From positions 5,518,001 through 5,582,000 of the forward strand of contig NC_047017.1 in the NCBI RefSeq assembly GCF_902652985.1: a stretch of DNA of 64,000 nucleotides, given 5' to 3'. This stretch comes from Pecten maximus (taxonomy: Eukaryota). The notes below the pieces were generated by a model that searched no databases, had not been told where the DNA came from, and saw only the letters and a program-made list of their open reading frames with translations. The translations under genes and the position numbers were made by a program. Position 1 is the stretch's first letter. Each line of letters starts with the position of its first letter. This document shows, in pieces, positions 1 to 10,800 of this stretch.

Positions 1-209
1 ACCAGATGGTAGCTCCAATTTACAAAATTATAAATTTCGCTTTAAAACAGGCCATAGAAAACAAATCCATATTTTTATTATCTTTAATCAGATCTAGAAA
101 TCACTCTTAAAGGTACAATTTTCAACAAATTAACTATATTTTGTTTTGTGTAACAGACATACATACAACAAAAAGTTTAAAGTCAGATAATCATTAACAA
201 AGAACTGAC

Positions 210-2797
210 CTGTAGATTTTGCTTTTAGTATTTTTTGTGTCTTTGCAGTAGTCCCAGCAGGCATTGTAATTTTGTACTTTCCTTCGTGCTCCGGAAATAC
301 TCGTCGAGATTTCGGAACAGGCACAACTTCATCAAGTTTCTTAGGGTTAATCTTGATTTTATTGATTTTACTCGAGGATGGAACTGGAGAAGATCCTATG
401 TAGAAAATCAAAATATATTTAAACTTAAATCATTTTCAATTACAATATCAGATTCATTTTATAGGTTTTAAAATATTTGACCCATCCAGTAAAGATTATG
501 TTTCAATAATCATATTTGTTTGTGAATTTATGAACAGAATATTACATCCCCATTCCCTTTATTTTGCAAACTGACTTTATATCTAACAAGGTTCAACAAT
601 ATATTAATTTGAGCCGAATGTGATGGCAAGTCTGGTTTTACTTTCATGAAATATCTTAATGTTATATTTTATCTCAACTAAATATCTTCCCAATTCAATC
701 TTAAGCTAAAATTAAGTTATTCTTAAGCTAAAATTAAGTTATGTTTGTTAGTCTTGATGTAGAGTCAGGTGTTTCTTATGAACAGATGATAAGTTAGAAC
801 ATGGAACGGAATATGAGTAAAAACTAGCCGGCTCTAAATTTTGATTGCACTAGAAAGACCTACTGGCTGAGCCTGGAGGAGTTCCCAGTCTTGCTGATAA
901 CTCCCTGGAGATCTTCGGTACATGTACCACAGGAAGATTCATTGGAACTGCATCTGGGTCTTTACCGAGGTAATGATCCACAATCCGACTGGCAGCTGTA
1001 CAAAGTTACCACAAACATACAAATGAATCAGACTGTAAAACATTGATTGAATGATCCTTGCAGATATAATTTGTTATTTCAAGTTCAAAACTTCCACATT
1101 GGAAATGAAATTATCCCATAAATAAATAATGAGCAATTTCGGGAGAAATTCTAATATGTAACTGGTGAAAATATAAAATTATATTTCTACCTGTTGATCT
1201 TCTCGGGGTTGGTGAAGGCTGTGAAGCTCTTAAAGTTTTTTCTCTTGCCTCCTATAAAATACAAAAAATATTATTTGTAAAAGTATCATAGCACATCAAT
1301 CATGAAACCACTTATATTAAGTTATATCAATCATTAGTTGGCTCAGGAAGATAGAAATGTGTATCTGTCTTCATATAGGAGGAAATTGCAGTACCTAACA
1401 AATATTCACAGGGATTTAGCAAACTATCTACCTGTATGTGTATCTCAACCTTACAATTCAGTCTAATTTTCACCTGTATGTGTAGTTTTTATCTGTACTT
1501 TTGAAGTTGAACTCTATATATCTCTCTGGTGACTTTGATATACTTTTCTGTTTTAACTTTTAAATTATGTACAACATAGACTTCACTCTCTATTTAATTT
1601 TTACCTGTATGTGTAGTTTTTGAAATAATTTGTTTAGCATATCTCTAAAACTTTACTTGCATGATGAATCTATCACACTGATATACATGTAAATGTCTGC
1701 ATAGTTTTGACCACGGTTATCATACGTTACTTTTCACAGTTTTTCAATCTGTGTTTATTTTTACCTGTATATGTACTGTCTTGGCATGTTTGAGGATGTT
1801 GATGACATCACCCAGAATTGTGATTCCCATGCAGTTAAGGTAATCCTTTGTCAGGTCCTGGAGCATGTCACTCTGGATCCTATTGTCTGTAAACGTAACG
1901 GCATAGTTTGCAGCGTCCCCAGCAGGTATACTAGCATCCTTGAAGAATTTCAGCCAGTATGAGGTCTCTGTTCATAAAAAAAAAAATCTTAATAATCAAT
2001 TGAATTTGCACGGCTATAGTTCAAACATTAAACAGGTATATAGTCAATGCATATTTGTACTGAAGTTTTAAGTTGCTGTATGGTGATAGGTTGACATAAG
2101 TGTCTGTGACACTTGTTCCTATTTCCATTATGGTCTTCTTTATTGTATGTATATTGAATATGCTTGAAATGAAAAATAAAAGCAAGTTTAAACTAACGCA
2201 TATTGGATAAGAAATATAAAAAAATTCGGATTTTTATATCTTTCATAAATTTTTGGTTATTCTGGTCTTTGGTCGCCCATATTAATGATGTTTACACATA
2301 CCCCATGAGTTTTTTCCTAGCTGCAGTACTATGTAGCTAAATATACATGTATGTATACAATAAATATACAGACTACTGTATGCCTGGATTCTGTACATGT
2401 ATTCCTTCAAAATTGGTCATATCATGTACCAGCTTGCCTCCCTTGTCTACTAATGTTCACAAAATGTACAGTAAACATTTTCCACAATTTTGACGGTATA
2501 GCTATTTGATAAATGTAACCACCAGAACAACTTAAAAAAATACCAAATAGAAAACACATTTTGGGATTGACATTAAAATCTATTGATTTTCGTGATGTGG
2601 CTTGCATTTTGACGAGAAAACATAGTGAGATTATCTTGCTGTTTCTGATTTTAGTGTCTGTTTGAACAAACTGTTTGCAGGATGAAAGTTAGATTATGAA
2701 AACGTACATAACATTTCATTATTTTCAGTAGCATTTATCAGAAACAACTCTTAAAGTTATCTTCAAAATATATGGTCAAATTACCTGGGAAAGCCAT
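210..2797 (-). CDS. C19orf47: C19orf47-like protein (N-terminal SAM-like DUF5577 domain), 3'-partial. Exons 2797-2785, 1967-1765, 1251-1191, 995-864, 395-210; continues beyond the window start
   Basis: GT-AG exons join in phase to [67 protein letters not shown]...[27 protein letters not shown]. This matches my recall of human C19orf47 (WIQFFKEAGIPPGPAVNYAVMFVDNRIQKSMLLDL...GDIIAILKHAK). Confidence 0.85.
1425..1775 (-). repeat. Degenerate copies of the C19orf47 exon-2 donor junction (ACACATACAG|GT) in the downstream intron
   Basis: ACCTGTATGTGTA occurs at about 1430, 1472 and 1603 on +. The real donor reads TTACCTGTATATGTA at 1761. Confidence 0.5.
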
Positions 2798-2994
2798 CGT
2801 AAACCGCTATTCCAATGTTAAAACCCGAGAGGTACCGGACATAAAAGGTAAGGTCGGGAAAACGTTTAATGTTTTCTCTACCATGATATTAAAGATTTTC
2901 CAAATGTATGATCGGGGTATCGCTAACGCTTCCCTTCAACGGAAAAGTAAACAAAGTTTCAGCAACTAACTTTCCGCGGTGTTTTTAACCGGTT
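2798..2994. promoter_or_regulatory. Bidirectional promoter and 5' UTR interval between the C19orf47-like and profilin-like genes
   Basis: Divergent ATGs at 2797 (-) and 2995 (+) are separated by 197 bp. The interval is visibly richer in CpG than the flanking introns. Confidence 0.7.
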
Positions 2995-5313
2995 ATGAAT
3001 CCTGTTCCAACGTGGGACCAACTCATAACAGGTATATTGTTGCTAACGATGTTAAAAATATATCGTGTTTGATTTTAGATGAAACAGAGAACGTTAATTA
3101 ACGACGATGACATGTACATACCACAATGAGTCAAATGAACAAGTCAGCTGTCTGTTGTTCAGTTTCAACATGCACATCTCCTGAATTATTGCCACCCTGC
3201 GAATTATAAAATGGACAAATTTCTAATATAATTGATTTCAACAAACCAAACAGCAGGCTGAATGTTATAATGAAAATGTTTACCCCTTTTTATGGCAAGT
3301 ATACAATGTATCTAAGCTTGGAAAGAAACATTTATTTAAAGTTTTTAACACATTGCTCTCAACCACATTTTGATGAAAAAATCAGATTGTTTGATGAAGG
3401 TTGTATACACTTTAAATTCAGTCATATCTCTTTCATTCTCTGACTTTTCCAGCTCAACTGTTAAGATACAATTTGGTGAGTGGTGTTCTTCTCTTGACCA
3501 GGCATGGTCAGCCTGCATACACTTATGGAGAACTGGACATCAACCCAACTGTGGTAAATTTATATATATTTGCAGTTACTTTTGCTTGATGTCACCCTGC
3601 TAAATTTTGTTTAATTAGTACTGACTTGGGGTTAAATTTAGCTTATTTGGTATTTTGTCAGGTACATGTAGAAAGAGGGCCAGTGCAGGGTTCAATCCCA
3701 ATTTTAGGGGACCATGATGAAAAAAAATGTTGCACTGAGTAGTGATAAAGCATGCATGATATTTCACAGCTTAGGAGCCCTTATACAATACATTATGTCG
3801 ATGTTCATGTTCAAACTTTATGTATTTTTTTTATATATATATATAACCTGTCCAACGTGACCCCTTTATGACACTCTGTCTTATCTATAATCATTGTTTA
3901 GATTTTGTCATCAATCATCAAGGTTCAAGATCAAAAGTCACGCTTAACCACTTTAAAAATAAAACCTCTGGACCAATTAATGCTATATTGATGAGGGAAT
4001 CAGGGTATATCTATGTGATCATGAGCACACTTTTCTTTTATTGTTGATATTTTTTCTATGAAATTAAATTAATTCAAGCTTTGTGTTGTAGGAGGAATCA
4101 AAACATTTCATCCAGGCATTCAGACTGAGCCAGTCACAACAGACACCTCAGAATGACACATTCATTGTTCAGTTTAAAAATGGACAGAAAGTAAACTTTA
4201 CAGTTTACAAAAGATCTTTCTGCAGGTAATACATGTACTACTACTACTACTACCACCACCACCACCACTAAATTATATTTATATTTATTAATTGTCATTC
4301 CTTATAAGAGTCATTATCATTAACACACAAAAAACACACACACAAAAAAAAAAGATTTAAACTTACATATAGTTTTATGTTAAATTCAAAATGTATCAAT
4401 ATTTTTTCCTGAACATTTAATAGCGATGAAAGTATTTCCATTATCCAGTAACTTCACGTAAAAAAAAAGCCCTTTAAGATTAATTTCAGAAAAAGGCAAT
4501 ACTTATGCTGATTTGACATTCAGTTTGAAATGGTGTTGTGTCTTCTTTATGCATTGTTATAATTAGAATCAATATTAAGATCTGTACATGTTTGTTCATC
4601 TTGTTTGTCTTGTGTCTGTCAATTATTAGTTTGTTCATCTTGTTTGTCTTGTGTCTGTCAATCATCAATCACATTAGTTTTGTGTCTCTCTGCACATTAT
4701 CTTTGTCTTATGTCTATCACCTGTCATGTGTCTGTCTACTTGTCATCTTGGTCTTGTGTCTGTCTGTCCATCATCTTTGTCTTATGTCTGTCTGCCCATC
4801 ATCTTCGTCTTGTGTCTGTTTGTCCATCATCTTTATCTTGTGTCTGCCTGCCATCATCTTGTGTCTGTCTTCTCATCATATTTTTCTTGCGTCTGTCTGT
4901 CCATCACCTTTGTTTTGTGTCTGTCTATTCATCACATTTGTCTTGTGTCTTTCTGTCCATCATCTTTGTCTTGTGTCTTTCTGTCCATCATATTTGTCTT
5001 ATGTCTATCTGTCCATCACCTTTGTTTTGTGACTACTCATCATCTTTGTCTTGTGTCTGTCTTTCCATCATCTTTGTCTTGTATCTGTCTTCTCATTATG
5101 TGATGGAAAAATATCTGTTCATGTGTATTTATGTCATGTGTTACCCAGTCTTTGTCTATTTTCAGTATCTACGCCACATCTAACGGGAACAGGGATGGTC
5201 TGATCATCTGCAATCTACCCCACGGTGTTATGTTGTGTACCTACCATCTCCCCGTCCAGTCAGGGCAGGTTATCACCCTGGTGGAACGTTTCTGTGACGT
5301 ACTCAGGGCGTGA
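2995..5313 (+). CDS. Divergent profilin-fold protein, 139 aa. Exons 2995-3031, 3453-3553, 4092-4225, 5166-5313
   Basis: Four GT-AG exons total 420 nt in phase: MNPVPTWDQLITAQLLRYNLVSGVLLLTRHGQPAYTYGELDINPTVEESKHFIQAF...VNFTVYKRSFCSIYATSNGNRDGLIICNLPHGVMLCTYHLPVQSGQVITLVERFCDVLRA*. Length, the N-terminal W-helix, the G-hydrophobic strands and the C-terminal 'VE..CD.L' helix follow the profilin pattern. AATAAA occurs at 5827 and 5902. Confidence 0.75.
4585..5100. repeat. Degenerate ~28-29 bp T/C-rich minisatellite (TTGTCTTGTGTCTGTCTGTCCATCATCT) in intron 3 of the profilin-like gene
   Basis: Repeat units are directly visible. It accounts for the Cys/Leu-rich pseudo-ORFs at 4538, 4605 and 4726. 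Confidence 0.9.
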
Positions 5314-6164
5314 GGACCAGCGTATATAACACAGGTCATACATATTAAAGAAGAGTAGCAAGTCTGGTGACATGCTCAGGGTGTCAGGACACAGTATATG
5401 TACCTGTCATACATATATTGAAGGAGTGTGATGACATATGCTACGGGTGTTAGGACTACTGCTGTCAGCACCTGTCATTCATATTGAAGGAGAGTGGGGT
5501 GCAGGCCAAATACTAGTATCTGATGACCACTGATCATGATCACAACAGAAGGCTCAGGTAGGCAAGACAAGGCCTGCTGGTTGTTGAATGATAGACAACC
5601 AATATACACGGATAGTCACATGCTAAGACTTTAAGGACAATAAAAAACTGAAACACACAAGGATGTTTAGATGAAGATCGAATGCTGGAAGGAAAAAGGA
5701 AATGGTTGTCTGTTGAGTTATATAATAAAGGAAGCATTCTTAGTACTGAGGCTCACTAATTAAAGCAACTGTTAAATTTATTGGATGATTTTGTCTCTTT
5801 GGGATTGTTCAAGTTATAATGTTTGCAATAAAATTATCATTATATTGTGTATATATTTTTTATATTTTTTATTATATTTTTTAAATATTATTTCTTTAAA
5901 CAATAAACATCAATGCCAGAAAAAAAGCTAGTTGAGGCACATCAGTTCTAAAGACATGAACAGTGTATACAATAATGACATGTAGACAAAAAGCCTTTGA
6001 CAGTCTTTACCACAATAAAGATGCCTTTACCACAAAAGAGTTTCATTTGTTTACAGTATTTATTTATCTTATCATGTACTGCTGATTGTATAGGTTAATA
6101 ATCGCAGTCTCTCAGACTTTCCAATAATTAATTACATTATAGGATAACCTTGGATAATTAATCA

Positions 6165-7495
6165 CGTGTAAGGGAGATAACTAACGCTGATCACAGGTAT
6201 ACTGTATAAGGGAGATAACACTGACATGTACACTTCATAAGGGAGATAACTAGCGTTGATCACAAATTTACTAAGAAAGGGAGATAACTAACACTGATCA
6301 CAGGTATACTGTGTAAGGGAGATAAAACTGATCACAGGTATACTGTATAAGGGAGATAAAACTGATCACAGGTATACTGTATAAGGGAGATAACACTGAT
6401 CACAGGTATACTGTATAAGGGAGATAACACTGATCACAGGTATACTGTATAAGGGAGATAACACTGATCACAGGTATACTATATAAGGGAGATAACACTG
6501 ATCACAGGTATACTGTATAAGGGAGATAACACTGATCACAGGTATACTGTATAAGGGAGATAACACTGATAACAGGTATACTATATAAGGGAGATAACAC
6601 TGATCACAGGTATACTGTGTAACGTAGTTAAGCAACACCAATCACTTGTATACTATGAAAGGGAGATAACTAACATTGATCACATATGTTTTGTGTAAGG
6701 GAGATAACTCACTGACAACAGATATTTTGTAAGGGAAATACCTAACACTTATCACAGGTGTACTACTTCAGGGAGATAACTGACATTGATCACAGGTCCC
6801 CTGTGTAAGGGAGATTACTAACGCTGATCACAGGTATACTGTATAAGGGAGATAACTAATGTTGATCACAAATTTACTAAGTAAGGGAGATAACACTGAT
6901 CACAGGTATACTGTATAAGGGAGATAACTAACGTTGATCACAAATTTACTAAGTAAGGGAGATAACTAACACTGATCACAGGTATACTGTGTAAGGGAGA
7001 TAACCCTGATCACAGGTATACTGTATAAGGGAGATGAAACTGATCACAGGTATACTATATAAGGGAGATAACACTGATCACAGGTATACTGTATAAGGGA
7101 GATAACACTGATCACAGGTATACTGTATAAGGGAGATAACACTGATCACAGGTATACTGTATAAGGGAGATAAAACTGATCACAGGTATACTGTATAAGG
7201 GAGAAATCACTGATCACAGGTATACTGTGTCACGTAGTTAACCAACACCGATCACAGGTATACTATGAAAGGGAGATAACTTACATTGATCACATATGTA
7301 TTGTGTAAGGGAGATAACTCACTGACAACCTTATCACAGGTCCACTGTGTAAGGGCGATAACTGGCACTGTTCACTGGTGTACTGTGTAAGGGAGAAAAC
7401 TGATACTGATAACAAGTATACTGTGAAAGGGAGATAACTGACATTGATCAGTCTGAAATGGAGATTGTTAACACTGATCACAAGTATACTGTGTA
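6165..7495. repeat. 34-bp minisatellite (AAGGGAGATAACACTGATCACAGGTATACTGTAT) with a higher-order duplication, just upstream of PAF1
   Basis: Period of 34 bp measured between 6383 and 6417. A variant block (CGTAGTTAA-CAACACC...TACTATGAAAGGG) appears twice, near 6623 and 7232. Confidence 0.95.
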
Positions 7496-7699
7496 CACGA
7501 CATTTAACCATATTCAACCTAGTAACTGTTTAGCACAATGTGTATTTTCAAATGTACAAGATCATGGTACAAAAACGGGTACCAGTATATTGCTTTATCA
7601 AACAATGTGTAGAAATACAGGTAGAAAAAAATAACAACTGACAGTACTGTATGTTAAAAGACTGAAAATTATATTGGTATATATCAGTAAGATATTCCT

Positions 7700-7869
7700 T
7701 ATCTTTCCTGAAAAAAAATAGGTGCGACCGGTTCCGTTTCCATACAATATCTTTCCGTTTCAGGTTTAGTTATACCAATGGCTCTCACGCATGTGCAGCT
7801 ATTTCCACTACTTCCGGTCTTCTTTCGGTTCGGTTTTGTGTGATGCGATCCTGAAACTTTGGGATAAAG
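7700..7869 (+). promoter_or_regulatory. PAF1 proximal promoter and 5' UTR with an ETS/GABP-type site (ACTTCCGG, ~7810)
   Basis: CpG-rich segment directly before the ATG at 7870. The ETS core is visible in the sequence. Confidence 0.55.
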
Positions 7870-10800
7870 ATGCCACCTACGGTCCAGAAGCCGTCTCACG
7901 ACCGAGATCGGAAGAGAGGAAGTGGAGAGAGAAGGTAATTTGTTAAAAAGTAACGCATAGCACACGCGTTTGACTTATTTAATGTTTTTTGACTCGAGTG
8001 CACATGTTGAAGTTGTTGTTCAGAAAAAAGCTAACAGCAAGGCTTAAAAAAATAATACATGTTTCCGCTATTGGCGCTAACATGCCAGACAAAAATAAGG
8101 TAAGTAGGTAAGAAAATCTTCTTATTTTTTTAATAGAGTTTACTAAGGTTATGAATTTCTGATTCCTATGGTTGTCTTACCATTTAGGCACACTGGTACT
8201 CTACAGTATATGTGCCAAATACATCTTTACAAGCTAGAAAGCTTACAACGATGTCAACTGAGCGAAAATGAGCGAAAATATATGTGCCAAAGTTTATCAA
8301 ACCAAAAAACCCTACTCGGTACATGTACATGTATAATTACTGTACTAGATCTAATGACACTTTTAGATCGAATGACCATGGGTAGATTAGTAACTATGAC
8401 TGTGTTGTCATGAAAGTAATAATAGGTTAATTGTAATTCTTTAAAGGTATATTTCAATTTTGTTATTGTTTAACTTTCTTTTGTTCTTTTTCAGATCTGA
8501 ATTAGTGTGTCGAGTGAAGTACAACAATACATTACCTGATATTCCATTTGATCCCAAGTTTATTACATATCCTTTTGAAACCAACAGGTAAGTGTAACAG
8601 AGCGCATGATTAATTAAATTTAAATCACTGCCTCCGCTAGGAATCAAACCCGGGACCTCTGGCTTACTAGTCTTACGCTCAACCGATCGAGCTAAAGAGA
8701 AGATCTCTCTAGCCGAGCGGTATATTGCGGCTAGTATTTACCAGGGTTACATAAGTACAAAGGATTTACCCATTAATGCTATATATGTTGAGGAATTTAA
8801 AGTGATATTTCAAAACAGAAATGATGTAGTTAGGGAAAAGTTCAATAATAATTTTCAAATGTGTTTAAGCAACAGCAACTGATCATCAAATACTTGCCAA
8901 ATACTGTTTGCACTTATATTACTGAATAACAATTTTGTGTAGAAATATTAGTCTATTACATATTTGACTTGTTTTCTCATACTTGGTGATCTGTTTGTAA
9001 TTCTTACAGATTTATTAACTACAAGCCAACTTCCCTGGAAAGAACTTACAAGTATGACCTCCTTACAGAACATGACCTTGGGGTCACCATCGACCTTATC
9101 AACCCTGACACCTACAAAATTGACCCAGCAGGTCAGTACATGTTATATATGATTACACGAGGAAAAATTCCAACATTCTCAGCAATTACATATATATTTG
9201 TTTAAAAGATGATGTACAGTCTGTTTCTTTAAAAATATTGATATTCATGACATCTCGTGAGTATTATGAAATAGCTATAAGTTTGATACTGAAGCAAAGG
9301 TGATCCTGGGGCCTGTTGGTAAAAACAAGGGTTTGAATTTACATTATACAGGTAATTCAAGACAAAAACACTTGTAATATACGTTTCAGGGATCACTTTG
9401 GGCAGAGATTTGGGGATTTTTACCCATGTTTTTCAAAACAATCTCATTAAAAATTCAAAATTGTACCTCTTTATACAGACAAATCTCATAGAAATTTTGC
9501 TAATCTCATAAAATCTCCCATAGGTTTTAAGAGCCAGAGTTATCCCTGCGTTTGTGTGACTAATTGATTTGTGAAGGATAGAGCAGACATGAAGAACATT
9601 TATGGAATGAATTTGAAGTTGTGCAGATTTACACGTTATGAACCGTTGTTTTTCGTTTTTTCAGTTGAGGAAAAAATAAGCAAGTATTAGCGCATTGTTA
9701 ATGTTAATTACATGTTTGATACCAGTTTTTGAGAGTTATTTCAAAATTTGTTTTTCATACCTTTTTATTTCATGAAGTAAGATCGCTGAGCTATAATGTT
9801 AAAAGGGACACAATAGCAGAGCTTTTTCTGAGGGCTTTTTGGGGCCATTAATGGGTCCCATTCCCAATTGAAATTATTTCATATTTTGAGCCAAATTCCA
9901 AAAATTTGCAGTTTATTCCTGGAAAAATCTTTCCCAATTCAGGAATTTTCTTCCCAAAATGAGACAAAAAGGCCCCATCTCAAACCACTGAGAAATTAAA
10001 GAGCCCTGAATAATGAAATGTATATCATGTATCCAAAATCCATTTTGTTTCAAACTGTATGATGTTAAAGTGTAAACAATGTGAAAGTCTTCTGTTATGG
10101 GAAACATAAATGGGAAAAAATGATATTATTCAAGATTATTCAAGATTAAAATGATGAAAATGGTGTCTGAGGGTAAAGATTTACGAGTCAAAAATGAAAA
10201 TAATAATTGTCTTCAAAGTCTTAATCGACGAATCAGGTAGTCAGTTCTAGAAGAGTTAAGTTTATTGTAAACTCTTGCGAAGGAAACTGAGAGGAAAAGT
10301 GTTTCAGCATGGAGATAGACTTCTTCAAAACACTTGACATTTATATGTATTCATGTTATTGTCCAAATGCTACTCTTTAAGTTAAGGCTATATGGTACCA
10401 GTATGAAGCATATATGTAAACTTTTAACATTCAAGTGACTTTGTACATTTAAATTCAGTGAACAATATTAATAATTTAAATGAATATATGTCCCACTTTT
10501 ATCATGCAATAATTATAAGCATTGAGACCAAAGCTGGCAGCAAAACATAAGCTGTTTGGATCAAAGTCGGAGCTGGGCTTATTACGTACATTTGTCTGTA
10601 ATTTTATGGAACAGCAAATATATATTGATGGGCTTATTACTAGGGTTGGGCTTATTATTAAACACTTCGATCATTTCAATAGTGTAAAGAAATGTACTGG
10701 ACCATATTGTTCTAATATCAATGGTGTAAGTTTATACTGGTTTTCAAGTTTTCATTTTGCTCCAATCAACCATTGTGTCTTATAGTTAAGTTCTGTGATA

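Noticed and set aside
701-742. 22-bp direct duplication in a C19orf47 intron
   Set aside because: Ordinary slippage duplication with no sign of function.
2302-2320. Alternative C19orf47 start exon (ATGGG|GTATG)
   Set aside because: Its phase 2 end does not fit the phase 1 start of the next exon, whereas the exon at 2797-2785 does.
4538-5183. Cys/Leu-rich ORFs resembling membrane proteins
   Set aside because: They are translations of an intronic minisatellite that is open in several frames.
6165-7495. CRISPR-like regular array (also 18720-19770 and 26860-27245)
   Set aside because: Units are contiguous with no unique spacers, there are no cas genes, and the context is intron-containing eukaryotic DNA.
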